Origin: a bacterium
GTDB lineage: Bacteria; Patescibacteriota; Patescibacteriia; HK-STAS-PATE-3
NCBI GenBank assembly: GCA_043800725.1
Contig: JAZDMR010000011.1
Location: 85,369 to 149,368 of the forward strand
Length of the DNA: 64,000 nucleotides
Reading direction: 5' to 3'
The translations under genes and the position numbers were made by a program. Below are positions 1 to 8,677 of the stretch, one piece after another. Position 1 is the stretch's first letter; each line of letters opens with the position of its first letter. The notes beneath the pieces were generated by a model that made no database searches, was not told the origin of the DNA, and saw only the letters and a list, made by a program, of their open reading frames with translations.

Positions 1-136
1 TATGATTTGTCCGTTACTCGTTATTAATTCAAACGAGTAACGGACCTTCCCCTGAGGTCGTTATTAGATAGCGGGTTCAGGGGAAGTTGCACCTACGAAT
101 TCAAACAGTGAGTACCAACCCGCAGATGAGGAGGTA

Positions 137-499
137 ATGATGGGACTAGTATTCTTTTCTTGGGTAATTGCCACCATGGCTGGAATTAAGATGCTTTTTT
201 ACTTCGAATCTGGTGACCAATACGGAGTCTACGTATCGGTCATCGGAATTATTGCCTACCTGACTTTTTTGGTCCTAGTCAGGACGAAGTGGCTCAAATT
301 CCGTCTTGTTGGAGTGCTAATATTCGGTGCGGAGTTAAGTCTGAAGGCCGCCTGTAGTCACAGTCTCAACCTAGATGTTCTCTGGCTCCTTATTATGGGA
401 ACTCATCTTTGGTCCGGATTTCCAATGATGTGGGATTGGTATTGTGGACGCCCATTTCATATTAAAAGGAGTAGTTCGCTTGCAGGAACATCGTCGTAG
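137..499 (+). CDS. hypothetical small membrane protein (120 aa)
   Basis: ORF with strong RBS (GAGGAGG) 7 nt upstream of the ATG doublet; hydrophobic helices; no recognisable family. Confidence 0.4.
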   Translation: MMGLVFFSWVIATMAGIKMLFYFESGDQYGVYVSVIGIIAYLTFLVLVRTKWLKFRLVGVLIFGAELSLKAACSHSLNLDVLWLLIMGTHLWSGFPMMWDWYCGRPFHIKRSSSLAGTSS

Positions 500-1197
500 C
501 ATTCTCCACCTGCCCTGAGCTCAACTCGAGTTCAGGGCCTCTCCTGAGCGAATTACCATTGACAGTTCACTTAAAAAAGTGGCAAGGTAGTGCGTTAAGG
601 AGAGTTGCAAAGATAGATAGGGCTTGAGAGTTCCCTAAGCTTGCGCTAAACTACTCTCGCTGATTTCAAGCCTGGTTCGAATGGATTTGACCAGGGGAAA
701 AATCAGCCGATCGTTGATTTGCACCTGTGCATAAGCATAATAGGGGTAGAGTCAACCTATGGAGGGAACAGGAATGACTAGAACTATTTTCGCACCAGGG
801 ATGAAAAAACCAGAGGTGCGATCCTGTGATGTCAGACGTGGCACCAATACTCGATTCACAGAGAGGCACGAGCCTACACGCACACCTCAATCGAAAAAGG
901 GTAGTACCGGTCATCGTCGCGGTTCGACCGAGTCCGGTATCAGTCACAACTAGTTCGCACATTTCAGGGAGAAGCTTAAGGACTAAGCTTCTCCCTTCAC
1001 CCGAGACTCCTAATTATTAGGTCTCTCAGGTGAGGGGACAGCACATCGACATTTATAATGTTAACCTGATGAATAAAAATATTTAACGCCTGTCCACCAG
1101 CAGGCAGGAATCCGACTGTATCTACCAAGCACTATTGTCTCTCCTCTAGTGTTTAACTGTTACAGCTGGTATCAACCCCTGCCTGCCGGCGGACCAG
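500..1197. other. ~700-nt non-coding stretch with several perfect or nested hairpins (candidate structured ncRNA, identity unknown)
   Basis: No convincing ORF; only short overlapping ORFs on both strands. Perfect 11-bp stem at ~968-995 (gggagaagctt/aagcttctccc). Triple-nested hairpin at ~1000-1042. Long-range pairing of ~1093-1107 with ~1178-1200. Confidence 0.25.
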
Positions 1198-1254
1198 GTG
1201 TTCACTCTATTTACTTTCGAAGGAAAAGGCTATTCACCAATAGGAGGGATTGGC

Positions 1255-1521
1255 ATGAAAAAGCTGTTTAAAAAACTGGAAAGCCCAGCTTTTATAGTTC
1301 CAGGCAACTGGTTTTTACGACTGGCCTCGCTCTTCGTGATAGTCATGGGCCTGTGGGGTGTGATAGCTCATTTCACGGAGGGAGGTTTTCGGAATATTTC
1401 ATGGGGATTTGTTGAGCTGGCAGGGGTTTTGCTGGCTGCTGCCGTAGCACTGTGCAGTTGGCAGGAGCTGGTTGTCGAGATCCGCTCTAAAAAAAATCAC
1501 GAAAAAAAGAGTAGCAAATGA
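1255..1521 (+). CDS. hypothetical membrane protein (start moved to internal ATG with AGGAGG RBS)
   Basis: Track ORF 1198..1521; internal start MKKLFKK is preceded by aataGGAGGgattggc; two predicted TM helices; followed by a terminator. Confidence 0.45.
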   Translation: MKKLFKKLESPAFIVPGNWFLRLASLFVIVMGLWGVIAHFTEGGFRNISWGFVELAGVLLAAAVALCSWQELVVEIRSKKNHEKKSSK

Positions 1522-1545
1522 GGAGGATACAAAAAGGACCTTAAC

Positions 1546-1580
1546 AGAGAGAGTAATAAACAACTCTCTCTCTTTTTTTA
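1546..1580 (+). terminator. rho-independent terminator (agagagagt...actctctct + T-run)
   Basis: Perfect 9-10 bp stem followed by TTTTTTT directly after the 1255..1521 CDS. Confidence 0.6.
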
Positions 1581-1658
1581 TAGCTAGACAGAATATACAA
1601 GCATTGTTATACTCCTTGGCGTATTTGCAGGTTTGAAAAAAATAAGATTGTGTCCTCT

Positions 1659-1770
1659 GCGGGCCTGTTCTCGGATCGCATACGCGTCCGGAGACAAGGA
1701 TGTAGCCCGGGGTTAACACGCCTCCCTGTCATCCCGTCCTGCGAACGGTATAAACTCCGGAGATCGTTCT
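1659..1770 (+). pseudogene. tRNA-Asp-like pseudo-copy (5' acceptor + D-arm + anticodon-stem segments of the downstream tRNA, interrupted by a ~34-nt insertion and lacking the T-arm/3' end)
   Basis: gcgggcctg...gtagcccgg(g)gttaacacgcctccctgtca matches tRNA 1794-1872 almost base for base, then diverges. Confidence 0.4.
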
Positions 1771-1793
1771 AAAATAGTTTAATAGTATTCCTT

Positions 1794-1872
1794 GCGGGCC
1801 TGTGGTGTAGCCCGGTTAACACGCCTCCCTGTCACGGAGGAGATCGCGAGTTCGAATCTCGTCGGGCCCGCA
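1794..1872 (+). tRNA. tRNA-Asp (anticodon GTC)
   Basis: Hand-folded cloverleaf: 7-bp acceptor gcgggcc/ggcccgc, D-arm tggtgtagcccggttaacac, anticodon stem cctcc/ggagg with loop ctGTCac, T-arm gcgag-ttcgaat-ctcgt; discriminator A; CCA not encoded. Confidence 0.85.
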
Positions 1873-1910
1873 AGGGGTATTATGCGCGAAGCATTGGTAA
1901 TTAACGGATC

Positions 1911-2303
1911 ATGAAAAAAATACTGAACAACTGGCTGCCGGTGATAATCTGGATGGGGTTTATTTTTATTTTATCGTCTATTTCGGGATTAAAAAGCAGT
2001 TTCCCGGACACCTGGGATATAATTTTACGCAAGCTGGCTCATGTAACTGAGTTTGGCATATTAAGTTTTTTATTTTTTCGTGCTGTTTATTTGCAGTTTA
2101 GCAAGCATAACTGGAAGATTTTTATCGTGGTTGGAATTATTAGTTTGCTTTATGCTGTAAGCGACGAATGGCATCAAGGATTTGTGGATGATAGGGTCGG
2201 GGCTCTAAATGATGTTTTGATAGATCTAGTCGGAATTGTGATTGGTTTAGATATTGGACGAAGAGTGCTGATTAAATTAACCCAAACAAAAAACCCCAGC
2301 TGA
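1911..2303 (+). CDS. VanZ-like family membrane protein
   Basis: 130 aa, TM helices, conserved H..EF...SDEWHQ.F...R....DV..D..G pattern typical of VanZ-like proteins. Confidence 0.55.
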   Translation: MKKILNNWLPVIIWMGFIFILSSISGLKSSFPDTWDIILRKLAHVTEFGILSFLFFRAVYLQFSKHNWKIFIVVGIISLLYAVSDEWHQGFVDDRVGALNDVLIDLVGIVIGLDIGRRVLIKLTQTKNPS

Positions 2304-2327
2304 TTGGGGTAGTTTGTTTTAAATAGA

Positions 2328-2669
2328 TTATTTAGCCTGCTTGACCACTTCAGCGAACACTTCCGGCTCGGTTTGAGCCAAGTCAGACAATATTTTACGG
2401 TCCAGCTCGATTTTGGAGTTTTTTAAATTATTAATCAGCTGGCTGTATGTAGTATCGTTTAATCGGGCTCCGGCATTAATCCGAATATTCCACAAGCCGC
2501 GAAAGTCGCGTTTTTTATTGCGACGGTCGCGATAAGCATTGGCACCGGCTTTTAACACAGCCACCTTGGCTAGTTTAGGCTTGCTTTTACGGCCCCAGAG
2601 ATAGCCCTTGGCCCGTTTAAGCAGATTATGGCGTCGTTTTAGATGAGTTGTGCCTCTTTTTACACGCAT
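2328..2669 (-). CDS. rplT: 50S ribosomal protein L20
   Basis: MRVKRGTTHLKRRHNLLKRAKGY...; classic L20 N-terminus; operon with rpmI/infC. Confidence 0.9.
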   Translation of the reverse strand: MRVKRGTTHLKRRHNLLKRAKGYLWGRKSKPKLAKVAVLKAGANAYRDRRNKKRDFRGLWNIRINAGARLNDTTYSQLINNLKNSKIELDRKILSDLAQTEPEVFAEVVKQAK

Positions 2670-2675
2670 AGCAGT

Positions 2676-2873
2676 TTATGAATAGGGTAGTAATTTTTTA
2701 ATATTTTTGGTATCCGGCTTGGAAACTTGGACATCTCGACGTTTGCCCATGGTTGTGGTCCCTGATTCGCGGGAATTGAAATGATCTTGGCCGGTTTGAC
2801 GCCGGAGTATTTTATTTTTCTTGGTAAAGGTGAATCTTTTTTTGGTTGCCTTATGAGTTTTCAGTTTTGGCAT
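2676..2873 (-). CDS. rpmI: 50S ribosomal protein L35
   Basis: MPKLKTHKATKKRF...; 65 aa, basic; position between infC and rplT. Confidence 0.85.
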   Translation of the reverse strand: MPKLKTHKATKKRFTFTKKNKILRRQTGQDHFNSRESGTTTMGKRRDVQVSKPDTKNIKKLLPYS

Positions 2874-2875
2874 GG

Positions 2876-3382
2876 TTATTTCTTTCTTATTATCAGGAAG
2901 ATCTTTCCGCCTTGGTGAGACAATTCCTGGTCAGTGATTATATCATCACCCATATTTATTACAAATGTTTTTAACTTTTCGACAGCCAGATTTCGGTGAG
3001 CCCGTTCGCGGCCCTTAAGTAGGATTTCCAAACGTACTTTATGGCCCTGATCCACGAATTTACGCGATTGTTTAGAGCGAACCTCGATATCATGCTGGCC
3101 CATCTTGAATGATAGGCGAATACCTTTGATTTCAGATTTTTTCTGTTTAGCCTTGGATTTACGTTCGGATTTTTCCTGTTGGTACTGGTAAGCGCCGTAG
3201 TCAAGTATTCGGCAAACCGGGGGCTTGGCATTGGGTGCAACTTCGACCAGATCCAGATCATGTTCCTGAGCAAGCCTAAGAGCTTCGGTGGTCTTGATAA
3301 CCCCCAATTGATTGTTGTTCTCGTCAATGACGCGAACTTCCGGATCGCGAATAAAGTGATTAAGTCTGAGCCGCTTCTGTAT
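2876..3382 (-). CDS. infC: translation initiation factor IF-3 (N-terminus extended beyond track ORF; probable non-AUG start, AUA/AUU-type)
   Basis: Track ORF 2876..3307 starts at TTG inside the conserved IF3 N-domain. Reading frame stays open upstream through ...KIQKRLRLNHFIRDPEVRVIDENNNQLGVIKTTEAL... to a stop at 3395-3397. The only start-like codon is ATA at 3380-3382. Confidence 0.75.
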   Translation of the reverse strand: MQKRLRLNHFIRDPEVRVIDENNNQLGVIKTTEALRLAQEHDLDLVEVAPNAKPPVCRILDYGAYQYQQEKSERKSKAKQKKSEIKGIRLSFKMGQHDIEVRSKQSRKFVDQGHKVRLEILLKGRERAHRNLAVEKLKTFVINMGDDIITDQELSHQGGKIFLIIRKK

Positions 3383-3523
3383 TTTAGGGAAAAGTTAGTT
3401 ATAAGGCCCGTCGAACGCTTGGGCCCGACAGGGTTAAGCGTGAGACGGAAGAGGCACACACGGTCGCAGGGTGCAGAGAATAACCGTTAGGTATTCTCGA
3501 AACCCGGAGGCCGTGATGGGCCG

Positions 3524-3931
3524 TGGTGGAGATGGCGGGTATCGCACCCGCGTCTCATCGTACCAAACGATGACTTACTACAAGCTTAGTTCGCTTAAAA
3601 AGTTTCGACAATATGAGTAATTAACGAACGAAAATCCCGCACTGTCTAGCCTCGGCAAAACTTCAGTTTATTCGTGAGACGCCGAATAAACTTATCCTGA
3701 GCGCATTGGCACCCAAGGTGGCAATTCAGGAATTAACCACCCTAGATGGTTGTTGGTTATTAAGCAACAACAGGAGCAAGATTCATCGGTGCGAAAGCTT
3801 GCGCTAAAGCACTTTTGACCTTGCTGGCGAATGTATTGACACTTGCCGTTTTCCAGGGCCTTTTACGGTTTACCTGGGTAACCGACTTGCCGTCATCGAT
3901 TGTAACGAACGATCGATTATTGAACATCCCC
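3524..3931 (-). ncRNA. ssrA: tmRNA (ssrA), ~408 nt
   Basis: Minus strand: 5' GGGGAUG pairs with 3' CAUCUCC-ACCA to form a tRNA-like acceptor stem. T-arm is gcggg-ugcgaua-cccgc. Tag reading frame ends ...NLAPVVA followed by UAAUAACC, cf. E. coli GCUUAAUAACC. Lies directly next to smpB. Confidence 0.7.
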
Positions 3932-3981
3932 CGGTCTTGTCCAAGAAACTTGGCCAAAATCAGCGAATCTGCAATAGTGTT

Positions 3982-4437
3982 TTAACGATAATCTTGTTTA
4001 AGCGCGCGTTTAATATTCCTGTCAACTTCGCGCTTTTTTATACTGGCTCGCTTGTCAGATTGCTTTTTTCCTCTGGCAACAGCAAGTTCAACCTTAATAA
4101 AAGCGCCCTTAGTATAGAACGAAATTGGTACAATTGTCAAGCCTCTGGATTTGGGCAAGCCGGCTAATTGACCCGCTTCTTTTTTATGGATCAGCAGTTT
4201 TCTTTCCCTGGTTGGACTGTAATTGGTTTGAATAGCAGCAGCTGGTTTATAAGGCGAAATATAACAATTGACCAGCCAAATGTCATTTGTGCGGATCGAG
4301 ACATAGCTGCCTTTCATATTAACTTCACCACGCTTAACAGACTTGACTTCTGGTCCAGTTAATTGAATGCCAGCCTCCAATCGATCCTTTAGGTCGAATT
4401 CGAAGCCAGCTTGTTTGTTAGTAGCTAGTCTAGGCAT
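3982..4437 (-). CDS. smpB: SsrA-binding protein SmpB
   Basis: 151 aa; ...GIQLTGPEVKSVKRG...IHKKEAGQL... typical SmpB. Confidence 0.9.
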   Translation of the reverse strand: MPRLATNKQAGFEFDLKDRLEAGIQLTGPEVKSVKRGEVNMKGSYVSIRTNDIWLVNCYISPYKPAAAIQTNYSPTRERKLLIHKKEAGQLAGLPKSRGLTIVPISFYTKGAFIKVELAVARGKKQSDKRASIKKREVDRNIKRALKQDYR

Positions 4438-4518
4438 ATCGCGGTTAGTATAGGCATTATCAAATAGTTAGGAAAGGGCTGGTATTTTTTATTATTTATT
4501 GTAAGGTTGAGTTGGTAA

Positions 4519-5037
4519 TTGGAGGTTCAGTTGTACCTTGGAAAGAAAAAGGAGGGATTAGTGGGAAGCCCCAAGAAGATTCTTAGCATCCAAGAAGTTC
4601 AGACTCAAAGTCGACGCTTGAGATGGATTCAGAAAGTTAGCTATTTTCTGTTTGCTCATACTATTGGTTTGGATGGATTTTTGGCCATAACTATGATGAC
4701 ATTTGCCAATGACTGGGAAGCCGATTATTGGCAGTATCTGGCCAGATGGCAAGCGATTCGAAGTTTTCTTGTTATAGTAATCGGCTTTCCCTTGATATTG
4801 ACTTTAATATTGCCTCATCGGCCGTCAATTCGGGGCAGGGAGAAATACCAATCTTTTGCCCGTCGATATCATCCGGTTATGTGGATCTTCTATTGGTTGC
4901 CCAAACTGGTAGTCACGGTGATTAGCTGGAATCAGTTTGAACCGATTGAACCGGTTGAACGACCAAGTATTAGGCTTCGTAATCGTCCGGAGACAGTGAT
5001 CTACTATGATCCTGATGATGACGAGCCGGCGGCTTAA
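4519..5037 (+). CDS. hypothetical membrane protein
   Basis: 172 aa ORF, several hydrophobic helices; followed by a hairpin terminator at ~5038-5075. Confidence 0.4.
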   Translation: MEVQLYLGKKKEGLVGSPKKILSIQEVQTQSRRLRWIQKVSYFLFAHTIGLDGFLAITMMTFANDWEADYWQYLARWQAIRSFLVIVIGFPLILTLILPHRPSIRGREKYQSFARRYHPVMWIFYWLPKLVVTVISWNQFEPIEPVERPSIRLRNRPETVIYYDPDDDEPAA

Positions 5038-5075
5038 GACAACCCTTTCGATTTTTGAGAGGGTTGTTTTCATAT
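5038..5075 (+). terminator. rho-independent terminator (caaccct...agggttg + T-run)
   Basis: 7-bp stem followed by TTTT directly after the stop of the 4519..5037 CDS. Confidence 0.5.
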
Positions 5076-5329
5076 TTGACTTGATCCCGTTACTCATGAG
5101 TCGTATGGAGTTCACATGATAAATAAATAGCCATATAAGTCAACGGGATTGACAGTATATTTGGCAGTGCTATACTTTAGTTCGATAAAGCACTTTAGCT
5201 AACTAAAGCACATTTATAGCGAAAATAGCGAGACTAGGAGACATGCCTGCCTAAATAACTCGATTTGGGTGGGGATATGCTCCTAGTCTATGAGGAGCAA
5301 GTACTTACTGCAATGGGAGGTAGAAGAAC

Positions 5330-5611
5330 ATGAGAATTCATTCAATTGATGAAGCTGGTCATCATCGGAATAGAATCGGCAGTATCGGAGTAAATCTGCT
5401 GAAGTGGCATATTAGAAAGGGCCATGATGTTTGGTTGATTTTCCAGGGAGAGGGGTGTGGTACTGATGAAGCTGGATTTAGCGCTGATGAGCATCGCTTG
5501 GTTGAACAAAAGCTGGCTGAATATGAATGGACTTGGATTTGGCGTGTCCCAGTGCCAGTTTCAATGTCAGTGTCATTGTCACCCAAGAATGAGGCGGCAA
5601 TGGCAACATAG
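5330..5611 (+). CDS. hypothetical protein (93 aa)
   Basis: ORF with an upstream hairpin (~5232-5290); no family recognised. Confidence 0.3.
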   Translation: MRIHSIDEAGHHRNRIGSIGVNLLKWHIRKGHDVWLIFQGEGCGTDEAGFSADEHRLVEQKLAEYEWTWIWRVPVPVSMSVSLSPKNEAAMAT

Positions 5612-5683
5612 GTGTGCTTGCTTATGATGCGGTCAAGGGGAATTATCACTTGACCGCATCAAACATTCAATTTATTTAAAAAA

Positions 5684-5971
5684 ATGTCTGATTCAGTTAA
5701 TAAAAAAACCAAGGAACTTTACCAGGCCGTTCTCAAGCTGAAAAATCAAGATGAGGCAGTACGGTTTTTTCGTGATTTGCTTACAGAGCCGGAAATTATT
5801 GAGTTTAACAATCGCTGGAGAGCCGCTCAAATGCTTGATCAGGGATTGCCATATAGCTTAATCACTAAAAAAACGGGCTTGAGCTCGACAACAATTGCGC
5901 GGATATCTAAATCGTTAAAAACCGGCAAGGGAGGGTATAAATTAATTATCTCAAGAATGAAAAAAACTTGA
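5684..5971 (+). CDS. TrpR-like (YerC/YecD family) helix-turn-helix protein
   Basis: 95 aa; ...RWRAAQMLDQGLPYSLITKKTGLSSTTIARISKSL... matches the Trp-repressor-like YerC/YecD pattern. Confidence 0.6.
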   Translation: MSDSVNKKTKELYQAVLKLKNQDEAVRFFRDLLTEPEIIEFNNRWRAAQMLDQGLPYSLITKKTGLSSTTIARISKSLKTGKGGYKLIISRMKKT

Positions 5972-6178
5972 TCTCATTGCTCGTATGTTACGCGCTGTCT
6001 AAAAAAAATAAATCACGAGCAAATGGGGTTGACAAAGAAACTCATTTTGATAAACTGTTTATACATGAATAAATCACAACAGCGAAATTATCGGTTCTGG
6101 CACGAAAAATCTGACCTCGCAGGTCAGTCGCTGTTGACGTTTGCTTAATAATATTTCCTAACCAAAATACGTCATCAG

Positions 6179-6210
6179 GCTGGTCCTCGCGAGGGCCAGT
6201 GTTTTTTTAT
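6179..6210 (+). terminator. rho-independent terminator (ctggtcctcgcgagggccag + T7)
   Basis: GC-rich hairpin followed by a TTTTTTT run; it overlaps the track ORF start at 6199, which supports a downstream start for the next CDS. Confidence 0.55.
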
Positions 6211-6225
6211 TTAATAAACAATTAT

Positions 6226-7134
6226 ATGAATTTACCCAACTACGAAAGTATTTATATCGGATCATTGGGAGCAATTCCCATATCAATCCCCATTATTAAA
6301 TTCGGCCAAGACAAGCCAAAGAATGTGGTGGTAACTGGATTGCATGGCGGAGAAGAATCCGGACTGCAAATCATGTCTGATTTGATCAAGCAAATCCCGG
6401 ATAATTTTAAAGGCGAGCTAATTTTGGTACCTTCGGGCAGTCCCGTAACCCAAGCTTTTAAAAGCCGCTGGTCGCCAATTGATGCGGGCAACCCTAATCG
6501 GCAGTTTCCCGGCTCGGATCAGGGCAATTTTTCGGCCCGGAATGGCGCGGCTTTAGCGCAAGTGTTTGCCAATGCTGATTTAGTGATTGACTTACACTGC
6601 TTTTCTCAAGACTGCGCATTTACAGGGATATTTGTGGACCAAGGGTCGGACTTAGTAAAAAAGAAAAGCGCCGAATACTTGCAAGCTCTACAGCCTGATG
6701 TGATTTGGAAAGAGAAAGAAACGACTCCTGACGGTTTGCCGTCTACTTTAACAGTTGATGGCTACTGTCGGACAATCGATGTTCCCAGCTTTACTGTTGA
6801 AATGCCCAGGGCTGATCAGCTTGAACCAGAATTACGCACTCGAATTGTAGAGAGCTTGAAACAGGTTTTGTTCAATCAAACAGGAAATCAGAAAAAAGAT
6901 ATTCCCGTGATTGTTCGACAGGATTTTCGGGCAAATGAATCAGGCCTTTTTACACCTTTGGCTAAAGCAATGGACCAGGTCGAGTCAGGCCAGGTAATCG
7001 GCAAGATTACCAGTACGACTACCTTGGAAGAAACTGAAATTAAAAATCAATTGACCGGTCTAATGTTTTTAATAGCGCGGCCTGGATTGATCAGAACAGG
7101 AGATAAAATGTACTCGATTGGAATTCCGCAGTAA
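6226..7134 (+). CDS. succinylglutamate desuccinylase/aspartoacylase (AstE/AspA) family zinc hydrolase
   Basis: GLHGGEESG...DLHCF motifs typical of the AstE_AspA deacylase family; start moved to the ATG at 6226 (MNLPNYES), downstream of the terminator. Confidence 0.65.
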   Translation: MNLPNYESIYIGSLGAIPISIPIIKFGQDKPKNVVVTGLHGGEESGLQIMSDLIKQIPDNFKGELILVPSGSPVTQAFKSRWSPIDAGNPNRQFPGSDQGNFSARNGAALAQVFANADLVIDLHCFSQDCAFTGIFVDQGSDLVKKKSAEYLQALQPDVIWKEKETTPDGLPSTLTVDGYCRTIDVPSFTVEMPRADQLEPELRTRIVESLKQVLFNQTGNQKKDIPVIVRQDFRANESGLFTPLAKAMDQVESGQVIGKITSTTTLEETEIKNQLTGLMFLIARPGLIRTGDKMYSIGIPQ

Positions 7135-7201
7135 CAGACGAATAACAGACAGAACCTTAACAATTAAATAGCAAAACCACTGACCAAAAGGAGGTTAAGA
7201 C

Positions 7202-8677
7202 ATGGTTACACTGAAACGGTTGTATGCCGAGATGTTGGGGCGGAACTTGAACTATCGATTTCGCCCTGAGCATTTGGAAAGTCTGAAAAAACGCCAATTA
7301 GGATTGGATTATGATCCGCCCAGTCGTACGATTGAAACCCGCTACGGCCCGATGGTAGAGGAGATTATTCCAACTAGTCTGGAGCCATTACACATCAGCC
7401 CGAAGCTCTGGAGCAAAATGCAAGTCTTATGCCGAGCCTGGGAAGCATTTTTTCAGCTGGCTTTTCGCTGGTATACTCAGCCGGATACTTGTCCTGGTAG
7501 CGATCCGTATAACTTGATTGGACAGGGGACTGAGCGCCAGATGGCCAATCATAATCCGGGATACCGCCCCTTATTGCCGTTTGTTCGGTATGACTGCATG
7601 GAAAGAGAGGACGGTTCGCTGGTGGTGATTGATGTCAACTCCAGTCGTCCGATTGGGGCATCGCATATGCAGGGCCTGGGCAATTTGTTTGTTGAAATGG
7701 GTTTAAGCGATATTGCTCCGCCCAACTTTTCTCAGGCAATTGCTGACGTTATGATGGACTGCTATAAACAATGGCGAGAGTTACGCAAAGATAGAAAAGC
7801 CAGACCAGAGGTAGGCATTGTGATTCCTGAACACATGGGTTCAGTGCCTGATTTTCTGATATTGGCTCAATTGCTTCGTACTGATTCACGCTTTGCCTCA
7901 GTTCGAGTAATTGATCCTCAGGATCTTTGCTATGATTCTAGCAAGAAGCAACTGAGCATGATTGACGCACAAGGCAGGGATCAGGGCCGGCTGGACCTGG
8001 TTCTCCGGACTGTTAAACCAGACCTGGATCCGACCATTGCTCCGGCTCTCCTGCAAGCTTATCCGGACAGCGCCTGCATAGTCAGCCCTTTGTATCATCG
8101 TTGGCTAGGCAGTAAGTTCTGGTTCGTAATAGCGCAGAAAGAGCCATACCGTTCGATCATTATCCAGAAATTGGGTGGTGAGCTGGCTGAAGTTCTGTTT
8201 AATTCCATGCCAAAGAGCGGATTGTACCATGGTGGTCGCGTCTATTTCAGCGATCAGGATGTTGACCTGGAATCACTCCGACACAAGGATTGGGTTGCCA
8301 AGGTCGGCAGTGGTTCTTCGTCTCGCGGCATTATCATAGGCAAGACTTCCAGTAAATCGCGCTGGCTGGAAGATTTGTTGGGCATGTCTGACGGACGCAT
8401 GGTTTTTCAGGAATATACGCCGCCTTATAAATATACGTTTACCTACCCGGACGCAGAAGGCCATCCGCAGACAGGAGTCTTTAAAACTAAACTTGGCCTG
8501 TATGCCTTTGGAGGAAAGGCAGTAGGCTTTGAGTGTATGGGCTGTATGAATTCTGAAAAGATTCACGGCAGCCGCAGCACTTTAATCATGCCGGTTTTGC
8601 ACGCATCAACCCAAAGAGAGCAGGAGACCCGTGGAATTTGGACACCAGGGCCTTCCCACTCCCCACAACCAGCCTAG
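7202..8677 (+). CDS. glutathionylspermidine-synthase-like (YgiC/YjfC-type) ATP-grasp amide ligase, putative
   Basis: 491 aa. Segments RYDCMEREDGSLVVIDVNSSRP, PLYHRWLGSKFWFVIAQKEPY and FQEYTPPYKY line up from memory with the [42 protein letters not shown] and QQFHPLPKF blocks of E. coli YgiC. Confidence 0.45.
   Translation: MVTLKRLYAEMLGRNLNYRFRPEHLESLKKRQLGLDYDPPSRTIETRYGPMVEEIIPTSLEPLHISPKLWSKMQVLCRAWEAFFQLAFRWYTQPDTCPGSDPYNLIGQGTERQMANHNPGYRPLLPFVRYDCMEREDGSLVVIDVNSSRPIGASHMQGLGNLFVEMGLSDIAPPNFSQAIADVMMDCYKQWRELRKDRKARPEVGIVIPEHMGSVPDFLILAQLLRTDSRFASVRVIDPQDLCYDSSKKQLSMIDAQGRDQGRLDLVLRTVKPDLDPTIAPALLQAYPDSACIVSPLYHRWLGSKFWFVIAQKEPYRSIIIQKLGGELAEVLFNSMPKSGLYHGGRVYFSDQDVDLESLRHKDWVAKVGSGSSSRGIIIGKTSSKSRWLEDLLGMSDGRMVFQEYTPPYKYTFTYPDAEGHPQTGVFKTKLGLYAFGGKAVGFECMGCMNSEKIHGSRSTLIMPVLHASTQREQETRGIWTPGPSHSPQPA

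Noticed and set aside
666-1020. Three overlapping short ORFs (666..962 -, 759..953 +, 826..1020 +)
   Set aside because: They are mutually overlapping, lack an RBS and sit in a hairpin-dense stretch. They are more likely part of a structured non-coding region.
2971-3490. ORFs 2971..3459 (-) and 3179..3490 (+)
   Set aside because: These are alternative frames overlapping infC, whose identity is secure.
3760-3957. 65-aa minus-strand ORF (MAKFLGQDRGM...NLAPVVA)
   Set aside because: It lies entirely within the tmRNA I identified. Its C-terminus is the tmRNA tag frame ending in a tandem stop. It is not an independent protein gene.
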